64,000 nt of DNA, from the NCBI RefSeq assembly GCF_001194135.2, contig NC_068986.1:95678012-95742011 (forward strand). The letters run 5' to 3'. Shown here in pieces: positions 1-12,253 of the stretch. The position numbers and the translations under genes were made by a program. Source of the DNA: Octopus bimaculoides. Lineage: Eukaryota. The stretch's first letter is position 1. Every line of letters starts with the position of its first letter. The notes beneath the pieces were generated by a model. The model worked only from the letters and a program-made list of their open reading frames with translations, was not told where the DNA came from and did no database searches.

Positions 1-346
1 CCTAAACGCCATAACGAAAATCAAACTATAATCATTCTCGCAGTTGTTCAGGTTGTGTGTCAAAAACTTGGAAGATTACCTTAAATAAAAAGAACAGAGA
101 AACTATGTGAGAGGTTCCCAACAGCAGGAAATGTCTGCCATGGCACCGCAGAATCTGTTTTGTTCATCTTTCTCATATGGTAAATGACATTTGCACATAA
201 CAGGAACTGAACATTTATGATGTGTATTTCTTTAAGCTAGGTCAAAACGAGTTTAGATGGAAGTAGGGTCTGCATTAAAATATATGTAATATAGAAATGT
301 TGATATTCTAAAATGTAATGTAATATATATATATGTATAATGTATG

Positions 347-383
<37 letters not shown>

Positions 384-443
384 CATTACATTTCAGAATA
401 CGCACACTTATTGCCAATCTAAGAAAAAAATGAGAAGAGTTGT

Positions 444-1319
444 TTAACGTCTATATCCACCCATACTACTACCACCACCACCTCTACCGTAACCCCTACC
501 GTAAGGTCCACCAGTATTACGATGTGAGAAATTACCTTGTCTTTGGGCCCCACCGAAAGATCCGTTGCCGTAATTGGATCCGAAACTACTACCATAGCCA
601 TTATTGTAACCATGGCCTCCGTAGCGCCCGTCACTGCCTTGGTAATAACCGCCGCCGTTGTTGTAGTTACCCTGGTTCGATCCCCAGTTGCTACTGTAGC
701 CGCCTCCACCACCGCCGCCGCCGCGACCGCCTGAACGACCTCCGGCTCCTCCACGACCGCCCATTTCAGTCTTCGATACAGCTTTCTTAACTTCGATGCT
801 TTTGTCCCCTAAAGGAAATCTTTTCCTAATTACACACTTGTCTACACAGTCGAAATCATCAAAGGTGACAAAGCAGAAACGCTTCTGCTTACCAGTTGCC
901 TTGTCTTTAATCATTTCCACTTTTTCAATCCTGCCGTACGGGCAGAATAGTTCACGGATTTCTTCTTCGCTTGTCGTCTCTTCCAGGCCGCCGACGAACA
1001 TTTTCTTTACCGACGCCTGAGTCTCCTCAGATCCATCGCGTGGCATGGCGCGCTTCGTGTCCAGAGTCTTCTTATCGAGCGTGTGTGGTCGCTGTGCCTG
1101 AGCCTTGTCTAGTTGTGCAGCCGACTGGTAAGTGACAAAGCCGAAGCCACGAGAACGATTGTTGGTCGGATTCTTCATCACCACGCAATCTACAACTTCA
1201 CCCCAAGTTTCAAAGTACTGGCGAAGAGTATCTTCTGTAGTCTCATTATTGAGACCTCCGATGAACAGCTTGCGGAATTTTTCTGCGTTGGGGTCATCGT
1301 CGCAATAATTCCCCGTCAT
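444..1319 (-). CDS. hnRNP A/B-family RNA-binding protein (two RRMs plus Gly/Arg/Tyr/Asn-rich low-complexity tail), single coding exon, 291 aa
   Basis: The ORF track starts at a TTG (1499); the first ATG is at 1319 (MTGNYCDDD...). RRM1 has RNP2 LFIGGL and RNP1 RGFGFVTY; RRM2 has MFVGGL and KRFCFVTF; RGG/YGG-rich C-terminus. No introns in the CDS. The exact paralog (A1/A2B1/A3-like) cannot be assigned by eye. Confidence 0.93.
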   Translation of the reverse strand: MTGNYCDDDPNAEKFRKLFIGGLNNETTEDTLRQYFETWGEVVDCVVMKNPTNNRSRGFGFVTYQSAAQLDKAQAQRPHTLDKKTLDTKRAMPRDGSEETQASVKKMFVGGLEETTSEEEIRELFCPYGRIEKVEMIKDKATGKQKRFCFVTFDDFDCVDKCVIRKRFPLGDKSIEVKKAVSKTEMGGRGGAGGRSGGRGGGGGGGGYSSNWGSNQGNYNNGGGYYQGSDGRYGGHGYNNGYGSSFGSNYGNGSFGGAQRQGNFSHRNTGGPYGRGYGRGGGGSSMGGYRR

Positions 1320-1810
1320 TTTTAATTCGGTGTGTTGTAGTAGCTTTTTCTCCTCAACAATGGAATCCGACTGAAATTCAGGTTTGATGACGGAGTTTAC
1401 ACAAATATATTTTTTCCTTTCTTCTTCAGTAATATTATATTCGCTGATAGCAGAAGAAATGAGAGAAGATAAAATTCCAAGGCGACTTTTTATAATCAAA
1501 CTGTGGTATTCTTTCTTCCTGGCTTGCTTGCTTCCGCAGCAGATGAAGAAGAAAAGCTGGCCATGCGAAAGATACGATTTTTACTATAGATTCTGTTTGT
1601 GTTTTTTTCTTTGTTTTATTGGAAATTTTACTAAATTTCCGACGAATATAAAAAACACATTGTCGATATGTTTTTCTCGTTTACCATTCACCTCTAATTA
1701 ATTTTTTAATTACCTTCGACCTCAATCGACTACGAAAATAAAATTCTTGAATAAAACTTTATACGACAATTTAAATAACCGCTGAACCACATGGTATGCG
1801 ATAGAGCCAT

Positions 1811-1836
1811 CCAATTGGTTGGTAAACAGCCAATCA
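1811..1836 (-). promoter_or_regulatory. Possible CCAAT-box pair upstream of the hnRNP gene
   Basis: CCAATTGG at 1811-1818 and AGCCAATCA at 1828-1836, about 500 nt upstream of the ATG. Motif match only. Confidence 0.3.
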
Positions 1837-2577
1837 CAAATCACATAACTGACCTACTTTTTCTTCTCTCCTCCAAAAACTTAAAATTTGTCTCAAGATG
1901 AAGGGTCTCCTTGTAAATTACACTATATATATATTCATATACACACACACACACACACACATAATAAATCTTTAAAAAATATAACCTCTTTCTATTTGCC
2001 CAGAGTTAACTAGCTAGAAAAGTGTTTCGTAATTTTTCTAAAATTCTTCTTTTAGACAAAGGTCTGTAAACGCGAAATATTCACGTAGAAATGTATTAAT
2101 TTTGTTCTTTCTTTCTCTAATCAAATGATGAAGGAAAATAGACAAAGAAATAATTGCATTTATCACTAGAGATAATGCTTAAGTGTAGTATTATGTTTGT
2201 CTGAACATTATTTATTTTTCAAGGCCATATCTAGCCCGGATTAAGTTTCTTTTTATTACCCTGTGGTCATAGGAAAAAAAATACCATTACTATTGAGTCG
2301 ATCGATATTGGAAGGTGCTCCAGCAACGATCAATTTTGTAATTAAAAAATGTGCTTGCTTTTATTACAGTGTATGATTAGAGAGAGACGAGCTACTTTTT
2401 TTCTCGGACACCGTATCGTGAATACTGTACTAAATTTAAATAAATGCTGTTACTGATTTATATAATAACCATCGGGCAACGTGAATACTGTGCGAAAAAT
2501 ACATATTACTATTCGGTAATTTTTCCCCAATATCTAATGCATTGATTTTTTCTTTATTGAATGTGTGTATTCTGACT

Positions 2578-2815
2578 AAGGCGGTGAGCTGGCAGAATCG
2601 TTAGCGCATCAGACAGAATGTTTAGCAGCTCTTCTTCCGGCTCTTTACGATCTGTGTTCAAATATCGGCGAAGTCAACTTTACTTTCAATCCTTTCCAAA
2701 TAGATAAAAATCAAGTATTAGTCAAGTACTGGGATTGATATAATCGACTAACCTCCTCCCGCTAAAAATTGCTGGCCTTGTGCCAAGATTTAAAGCGATT
2801 ATTAGATGATTCTCG
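2578..2815 (+). mobile_element. SINE-like interspersed repeat, family A (head AGGCGGTGAGCTGGCAGAATCGTTAGC)
   Basis: The same head and body recur at about 11507-11740 (+), 24933-25150 (+), 32240-32460 (-), 40980-41170 (-), 44980-45175 (+) and 57505-57680 (-). Confidence 0.7.
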
Positions 2816-5800
2816 GCACCAAGTACAAATCCTACCGAGGTCAAATTTTTCCTTCAGCTTTCCAAGATTTCTTTAAAAAACACACTAATCCAGGACAGTG
2901 GAACAGTGGATTCGCAGAACTGTAAAAATGTCAGATTGATGCATTGTTATACTTGTTTTAGCTCTTGTGTTCTGAATCCCATATTGGTCTACTTGGATGG
3001 TAGACCACCTTGAGTGCCTATAGCAGAATCCACTCTTTCACCCCAGGTCCCTAGTTTGAAGATAGCTTCCTCCCTCCCTGTAAAGAGTCCTCAGCACTAC
3101 CTTCACTTCTGGCGCATTGTTTTCCTACCCTGGTGACTATTACTGTGTCTTACCTTCTACAATCCTCTCAAAATATTTCACCTAATAATTCATCTTCACT
3201 GCAATGGCCCTCCTTAGAGAATAACCTCCTCAATTTTTAATATTTATCACAAATATTCAAGATGAACACCAACATTTTTTTAATATTTAGTCAAAGACAG
3301 AAGGGCAACACCAATGACCCTTTATTTTTCAGAGCCTCCAAGAGTTATTGAAAGAAGTGAGGAGATTATCCTCAAACTGGATACCTGACTCGAATGCTTG
3401 CAACTGAGTGAACTCTGCTAAAGGTAACTAAGGCATTAAAAAGAATGATAGATTGAGTTTACCTCCCAAAATCTCAAAACACAAAAATCAGAACAAATAC
3501 CATAAGACATTAGTTCCACAAACTCCCACCTTGGACAAGTACATCAGCCTCAAAAGGATGGAAAGCAGAGATCTTACATCCAACCCTTTCTCTTATCTTA
3601 TAAATGAAGCATATTTTCTTTATATTTGAGAAGAAATTTTCCTAAGTGGCCTACCATACAAAAATATGTAATATACTAACAGTAACAAGTAGGGCTGTAT
3701 GGTTTCAGGTTCAACCCCACTGGGACAACTTGGGTATTTGTTTTCTACCATAGTTTTAGCTCAACCGAAGCTTTATGTGTGAGATTTGGGTTGAAGTAGA
3801 AGCTCATTGGAGGGACTGTTCATGTTCTTGGTTGGCAGATAATCCATCTGCCAGTTTAGCATTACCCACTTGGTTATCGGGTATCCTTAATGGAGAGCAT
3901 TTTGTTGATATCTGAGGATAATTTCCTCTAACCAGTGAACATAGGCCCTGCAAAGAAGCATGGACATTACCCTTCCTCTTCTGACCAAGCCATTAAAAAC
4001 ATTAAAAAAAAAAAAAAAATTTATCAATCAAAAAAATTGTCATTTGTCTGATGGATCAAGGCTAACCTGAAACAATATAAGAGATAATGCTTAAGTGTAG
4101 TATTTACCTGAAACAATATAAGAAAAACAATCACTCATCATTTTGTCCTATTGCTGGCTGTTTACCACATGTGAAGTTTACTAACAAATTACAGCCTCTA
4201 CCCCTGCAAGTCTCTATAGTGTATAATATTTAAATGTACTGAGAAAGTTGTATTCAACTAGTCAGTAAGTCATCCATCACTCTGATAAACAGTATGCCAC
4301 ATTTCTTCATTCATCCCTCTGTAACTCACCCTGCATCAACCAACCAACTACATCTTTTTTCAGTGTAAATCAGCACATGAATTGTTAGAAGTAGTAGCCA
4401 AATTCTTCTCCAACCAGACATCATCTTAAAAAAAAAGAGGAAGGACACAGTGGATAATATAGTCCTGAATACATTGTCTAAAAATATGATAGAATGGGCA
4501 TAGTTGGAATGCATGGTCAAAGTGACATGGAACTAAACATCATCTTGTAATGGACTGTGCTGAGGCAGGTTTTAGTTGATACTATCGCAGTCAACCAATA
4601 TTCAGTCCTCTTGATGATCATATGAATGACCTGCTACTTGGTCAGCTTGAGAGCACTGTGATGACAGCTAGAGACACTGTTGCTTGGTACCGAGATATTC
4701 ATTTTACCTTGACCCTTCACTATTTAAAAAGGTAGTATATGGCCCAAATATTCCACCTGCTTTATGTTCAAACTGGCCAGATCTGGCTTCTCACGCCAGC
4801 CCTACAATATCATTCTAAAAGTTAACACCTCATCAAAATCTCAAAGCTACAATATAATGCAATATTAATTCAAAACAATAAAGAAGTAAGCATTACTTTT
4901 GACAGAATAATATAAAATGCTAAAAGGTTAAAATCTTAACCAACTGAAGTTAATAAGATCTTTCCAACTTAAATAAATCAGTTGACCAGGATGCTGAAGA
5001 GAACTGACAATGTGATATTAAACTCTTTCTTTCTCTAATCAAATGATGAAGGAAAATAGAGTTTTGAAGGAATATTTACATCACAAAAACCACAGACAGA
5101 GGCATGTGATTAAGAAGTGTGTTTCACAACCACATGGTTTCCAGTTTGATCCCACAATGGGCAGGAGCCCTCTACCATGATCTCAAGTTGACCAACACTG
5201 ACAGCTAAATATTGAAAAAAAACCCAAAAAACAAACAAACTAAGGCTGTATAAAATAAAGTTGCCTTACCCAAACCCACAAAATGCAGGCATGGCTATAT
5301 GGTTAAGAAGCTTGCTTTGCAGCCACATGGTTTCAGGTTCAGTCTCCCACTTCTGAATAAATAAGGTTTTCCTGCCAAAAATATCTTTCAGTTTAAAAAC
5401 TTGCAAACACCGTTATGATCTTATATTATGTTTTGTTTTCTTTCTTATACTTATTCCTTTTTAGCATGAATAGCATCTCACTGCATAGAAATGTCATGGC
5501 AACTTTTTTTCACCAAAGAAAAAGGAAAACAATGAAGTCTTGACTGCACTTTCTAGCATTTATCTTGTATCTTGTTCAGAGTTAACAGACGTATATTATT
5601 TGTGTATGATATGAAGATTTCTGTATAATATTTATAAATACAGAAATCTTCATATACACATTTGCATTGAACATGTCCTTTCTCTTGAACTAAAAAATAG
5701 CAGGATATTCATTCTTTTTCATATTCTCACAAGCACCTATTTTGTCTAGCCATCACATATATACAGTTTTCTTCTTTTCACAAATAGCAATAGGGACCAA

Positions 5801-8192
5801 GACTATATTTATTCAAACTTTAGTTTGAATAAATTTAGTCTTGGCCACTAGTCTCAACCACTATTACTATTTGTTAAACTGAATTCATAAATTCATTCTT
5901 TTATTATTATTTCTTTAACGTCCACTTTTCCATAGTAGCATGGGCCAGATGGAGTTTATCATCTTACATATATTCTCTGTTTGACTAGACTTATCGGTTT
6001 CATTTATATCCTTCGGTGGTCAGCTGAAATTTTATTTCTCATCTCTCTTCAAATGGAGACCTTTAACTTTTGACCCTTAATCCTCAATTATCCTAAAAGT
6101 CCTACTACTCTTTCAACCATTATCTTATATAACCAATACAACAGTACCTAATTTCATTCACGATATTAACCTGGACACTTGATCTGATACTTATTCCTTC
6201 AGAAATCATAGGATACCAAATGCAAAGAGGATATTTGTATAAGGGGAGCGAACTCAGACAAACATATACACCACAGACCACTTTGGTTTAAATATATGGG
6301 ATTTTGTTTACCAAATATCAAGTAGAAGGTATTGGTCAACTTGAGATCATGGTAGAGGGCTCCTGCCCATTGTGGGATCAAACTGGAAACCATGTGGTTG
6401 TGAAACACACTTCTTAATTACATGCCTCTGTCTGTGGTTTTTGTGATGCAAATATTCCTTAAACCCTGAGGGACTTTAGAGACCAATCTTCAGCTCAACA
6501 TTGTTTTCATAGTAATAAGTTGATAGGCTACCAGCCTATTTCAGGTGACAATTGCCAGGTGATTTGGTACATATTACTGACAGCTAAATATTGAAAAAAA
6601 AAAAAAAACAGAAACAAACAGGCTGTATAAAATAAAGTTGCCTTACCCAACCCACAAAATGCAGGTGTGGCTGTGTGGTTAAGACGTTGGGCGTCTTCTA
6701 CTATAACCCCAGGGCAACCAATACCTTGTCAGTAAATTTGGTAGACAGAACTGTGTGGAAGCCCATTGTGGTGTGTGTGTGTGCATGCATGTATGTATGT
6801 CTATTTGTGTTTGTCTCCCACCTCCTCTTGACAATTGATGTTGGTTCGTGTACATCCCTGTAACTTAGCAGTTTGCCAAAAGAGAACAAGGGAATAAATA
6901 CTAGACTTTAAAAAATAAGTACAAGGATTGATTTGTTTAGCTAAACCCTTTAAGGTGCCGCTCCAGTATAGCCACACACCAATGACTGAAACAAGTAACA
7001 GATAAAAGATAAAAAATTATATTGTCTGAAGTCACAAGCGTAGCTAGAGTGTGTGCCACATGGGATGGCCCTTCTATTTGTCGCTCTAGATCCCACAAAA
7101 AACACATGGCCTACAGCAGACCCAAAAGTGCCACCCATTTAAAAGTGCTGCCCAGAGTGGGGAGTAGTCCATCCCACACCAGCTCTGTTAATGTCTGAAG
7201 TACATTTGAATTCTAAGTTAATGAGTAGATAGTTGGATGTCTTATTCATTTGGCCACCTTGTCTCTAATTATATTTATTCTTTAGTTTAAGACTGGTTCA
7301 AGAAATAGCAGCCACCTTAACACTTCATAAATGGACTGGATAGATTTTTTTGTGGCACCAGCACTAGTAGGATTTCCTTGTCTCTGGCAAGACTAAAGTG
7401 TCCCTCCTTCTATGTAATGTCTCTATCTATCATTTCTTTTCTTTCCACACAACTGGGTGTGTAAAAAGTAAAACATTTTCTATTATATGATTGGCCCAAA
7501 TCTGTGATTGAACTAAAGAGTTTTTCCTCCATCAATGAAACCTAGAAATTCATGAAATAAAGTGGTGAAAAGTGACCTAAGGATATAGAGCTTCACAAAG
7601 AAGATGATAGGTAACCATGATGATTGGCAACACAAGATGCTGGAGAGGATCTGTTCATCCATGTAAATATAGTGAGACAAAGGGTGAATTGTGGTAGTAA
7701 TGGAGGCTATAAATCCCATTTAAAACATTTCTGTATTACTGAGCTCATATCTCTCTGCACTCACCTTCTTTCTTATTAACTGCATCATGTCACCTGTGTA
7801 AAAATGGATGGCATTGGACTAAGAATTATGGTAGATATATATGCTTTATGATGCTTTGTATATATATATATATNNNNNNNNNNNNNNNNNNNNNNNNNNN
7901 NNNNNNNNNNNNNNNNNNNNNNNNNNNNNNNNNNNNNNNNNNNNNNNNNNNNNNNNNNNNNNNNNNNNNNNNNNNNNNNNNNNNNNNNNNNNNNNNNNNN
8001 NNNNNNNNNNNNNNNNNNNNNNNNNNNNNNNNNNNNNNNNNNNNNNNNNNNNNNNNNNNNNNNNNNNNNNNNNNNNNNNNNNNNNNNNNNNNNNNNNNNN
8101 NNNNNNNNNNNNNNNNNNNNNNNNNNNNNNNNNNNNNNNNNNNNNNNNNNNNNNNNNNNNNNNNNNNNNNNNNNNATATATATATATATATA

Positions 8193-9140
8193 CAGATATG
8201 ACAGAAGTAAATAGACACCTTTATAATCATTAAGATTTATTTAAACCTGAAATTATGCATTCAAACAAATTATTAATTATTATAATTTATAATGTGAATA
8301 TCTAATATTTAGTAGACATGCCCTTTGCATTTTTCAATGCAAGGACCCTATTAGGCATGCTACTGATCAGATGATGAATATTCTCTTGAGGAATTTCTTG
8401 CCAAGTGTCATACAGTAATCTCAAAATATCTGGCTTTGTGGGTGCTTTCTTGTTCCTTTTACAAAGTGTCCTGTCTATTATGCCCCAGAGGTGTTCAATA
8501 GGGTCCATATCTGTTGACTGGCATGGTCATGAAAGTTTTTTTATGCCATTCTTTTCCAACCAATTTTGGGTCTTTTTAGCCGTGACAAGGAGCCCCATCT
8601 TCCGTAAATAAAGTTTTCTTTAATCATTTCATCACTGGAGAAGATTGGAAGGAGTCCTTTATGCAATATGTATACATATTTATCTGAGTTTATGTTTCCC
8701 TCACACTCTACCAGCTCTGATCGACCATTGATCCAAATTGTTCCCCATACCATCACAGAATAGCCATCGTGTTTCATTGTTGGTTACAATCTTTTCATGT
8801 CAAATTCTTGATCGCAGAATCTCTAGACCCACACTCGACCACTGTCAGAAAATATAGCATATCTGGACTCATAAGAAAATATGACAATGTCCCAAAATGC
8901 TGGTGGCCTCTCCACCATCTCACTGGCCCAATCTTTTCCCCACTTGATATTGGCTGGTCAAAGAAGTGGCTTCCTTCTTGCTGCTCTGCCATTGTAGCCA
9001 AGTTTGTGAAGATACTTGACAGTTGTTCTGGGACTGACATTAACTTGTTCTGCTATGTCAGAGGCCTTACAATGAGGATTATCCTCCACACTTCACTTAA
9101 CAAAGTGAAGGGTCCTGTCAGAGGACCCTGGTCAACCTAG
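8193..9140 (-). mobile_element. Degenerate Tc1-like (DD34E-type) transposon fragment
   Basis: Minus-strand fragments GYSVMVWG and PIEHLWGII...AKGMSTKY in shifted frames. A TA-CAGATATGACAGAAGTAAATAGACACC terminal-like sequence starts at 8193. The other end was not found. Confidence 0.7.
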
Positions 9141-9329
9141 GTGAGATGATGTGTACTCCTTCCTCTCTCTCTGGTGAATTGCACAATCATTCTATTAACT
9201 GCAGAATGTGGGATCCAAAGGTTTTATGCTGACAAAGTCCACTTTCAGATTGACCAACAATATGTCCCTCTTTGAAGTTCAGACAGTTCCAAGATAGTGT
9301 TTGCATATGGAAGATGCACAGGAACTGTT

Positions 9330-10862
9330 AAGATTACAGGTACATGGCAAATTGGTTTTCTCAACTGCTCCAGAGGCTCTTTAGAGGTAATGGATAATTT
9401 CTGCTACCTAGGGGACCTTATTAGCAGTAGGGGAAGATGTGCCAAAAGTATAATTGCTAGAATAAGAATAGGATGGAGAAAATTTAGAGACCTTTAACCA
9501 TTTTTGGCTACCAAAGGTCTCTCTCTTCAAGTGAAAGGAAGCTTGTATGATCTATGTGTATGAACAGCAATGCTATATGGTAGTGAGACATGGGCTCTGA
9601 ATGCAGAGGACATGCAAAAACTAGAGAGGAATGAAGCTAACATGCTCCAGTGGATGTGCAATGTCAGTGTACATGTGTGACAGAGCACTAGTGTATAGAG
9701 AGAAAAGTTAGGTATAAGAGAAATCACATGCAGTGTGCAAGAGAAAAGACTGGTCTGGTTTGGTCATGTGATGTGTATGAATATGGACAGTTGCATAAAA
9801 AAGTGCTGATCACTTAAAATGGATGGAACTTGGAGAAGAGGGAGATCTAGAAAGATATGGGATGAAGTACTGAAGGTTGATGGTAAAGGACATGTCTGGT
9901 GGCTTGCTGTACTCAATAAGACCTGCCCACCACAGCAGAATTAATATTGTAAACCACCTTGGTCAATGCTTGTCTGTGAGAAGCTCTGCTCCGCACCTAC
10001 CAGCATCATCACTGTCCCCACCACATGTCAACCATTTCACCCACCTAACACCCATCACTTCTCTATCACCTGAGAGCAGAATAGACACACTGCATCCCCT
10101 GCTTTCTCAGTTATCTACTTCCTGCCTTGAACCACTTCCACTTCCCATTACTTTCTCCCACCTACTGCCTCCACCAGTCACTTCTGTGCCTTCTCTCCCT
10201 GTGTTGTTCTCCATCCTTAACACTTCCCTTACCTGCTATCATCCTCAATGCCCTTGCACACCTACAACAAAAACCCACACGAAAGCCTCTCCTATATTTC
10301 ACTCTATCATTTGCCTTAGTCACCTATATCCTGCCCACCCACCCTGTCCAAACCTCTCTATTACCCCACTTATTCCCATCACCCCAAATGTTCTGACACA
10401 TCTTTTCCACCATCTCTCATACTCTTGCTCCCTTTATCTTACTCTCTAACTCACACTTCTTTCTTTTTCAATTGCAATACTTATGCATCTACTCTACAGC
10501 AAGTCACATATCTTTGTCCCTCTATAACTCTAATTTCTCATCAACTGGAACAAAGGCATCCCTACATCCCCTACTACTCTCTGCTCCCGACTGAGGGGAT
10601 TTTTTGTCTTGGAAGTTACTTGGTGACCCTTTTAGTAATAGTATCACATAAAAGCACTCATACCATGTGAGAAACACTGGTGCTAGTACCCCATTAAAAT
10701 AGCACCAAGTACACTCTGTAAAGTGGTTGGTGTTAGGAAGGGCATCTAGCCATAGAAACCATGCCAAAACAGAAAATGGAAAGTGGTACAGCTCCTATCA
10801 ATCCGTCTAACCCATGACAACATGGAAAACGGCCATTAAATGGTGATGATGATAATGATGAT
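9330..10862 (+). mobile_element. RTE-clade LINE 3' fragment (ORF C-terminus, pyrimidine-rich 3' region, (GAT)n tail)
   Basis: Translation with stops: FCYLGDLIS...ARIRIGWRKFRDL, MLYGSETWAL, RLVWFGHV, RRGRSRKIWDEVLK (about 9330-9960). It ends in the TGATGATG-tailed module seen many times in the window. Confidence 0.75.
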
Positions 10863-12202
10863 GTATATGTACATTTATGTATATATATATATATGTATGT
10901 ATATATCATATATATTACATATATACACATACACATATATATATGTATGTATGTAGACAAACAGACATGTGCACACACATATAGAAAGTGGTGTTGTATC
11001 TGATTCCATAACTGTTATATGTCAGATATCGTGACAGCAAATTCTGGTAAGTTATCAAAAGATAAGGAATATTAGAACTAGGTATGATATGAAGAAAGAA
11101 TTACATCACACACAAAGTTATGCGATTATGTGTGTATGTGTACATATATATGTAAATCTATGCAATATATATGTGTGTGTATGCATGTGTACACACAAAT
11201 ATGTATGCATATGTATATGTAAATATATGCAATATATATATGTGTGTATGTATACACACACACACACACACAAATAAATATATATACATACACACATACA
11301 TATATACATGCATGCATATATATATATGCATGCATACATATATGCATGCATGCATGTATACATATATACATGCATAAAAACATACTGGTGGCGGATCCCT
11401 ATCGTTCGACAATAAGGATTCAATTACTTAATCAACTGATAACTTGCTTTTGCCTGAAACCTTCTACAGGCACTTGTACTCTTAACATAATTCTCAGACA
11501 CAATTAATACGGCAGCGTGTGACAGAAACATTAGCACGCCGGGCGAAATGCTTAGCGGTATTTTGTCTGCCGCTACGTTCTGAGTTCAAATTCCACCGAG
11601 ATTGACTTTGCCTTTCATCCTATCGGGGTCGATAAATTAAGTACCAGTTACGCACTGTGGGTCGATGTAATCGACTTTATCCCTTTGTCTGTCCTTGTTT
11701 GTCCCCTCTATGTTTAACCCCTTGCAGGCAAAAAAAAAAAAAATATTGTACTTTTTGAAATGCAGGTACAATGCATTTCAGTAGGCTTCTATATTGTTAC
11801 CATCAATCCAGTTTCACTCTCACAAGATATGAATTGACCTGGGACTGCAAAGTGTGGCCTGCTCAAGATTCTGCACAGTGAGATTGAGCCCAGAACCTCA
11901 TAGTTGCAAAGCAAATTTTTTAATCATTCAGTCATACTAATCTTAAAGTCTAAGTATCATCATCATCATCATTTTAACATCCACATTTTCCATGTTTGCA
12001 CAGATTGGATGGAATATATTGTGTCAGCTTTCTATGGCCAGATGCACCTTCCGGTTGCCAATCATCACCTGTTTCCTCAAGGTCGGACATGTTCTCACAG
12101 AGTGTTGGAAATGAATAACACTGGTTGTGTGACAATGACACTCATGTACAATAACCATGTGATGTCAAGACAAAAACGAGCATATACACACTCATTCTGT
12201 AT

Positions 12203-12253
<51 letters not shown>

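Noticed and set aside
419-790. Overlapping ORFs 419-754, 440-790 and 537-734
   Set aside because: Shadow frames of the GGN/TAC-rich low-complexity tail of the hnRNP gene.
7826-8233. Long ORFs containing X runs or YI/HT/CV repeats (also 11118-11507, 17199-17544, 39638-40585, 41251-41906, 49632-50201)
   Set aside because: Artefacts of N gaps and dinucleotide microsatellites.
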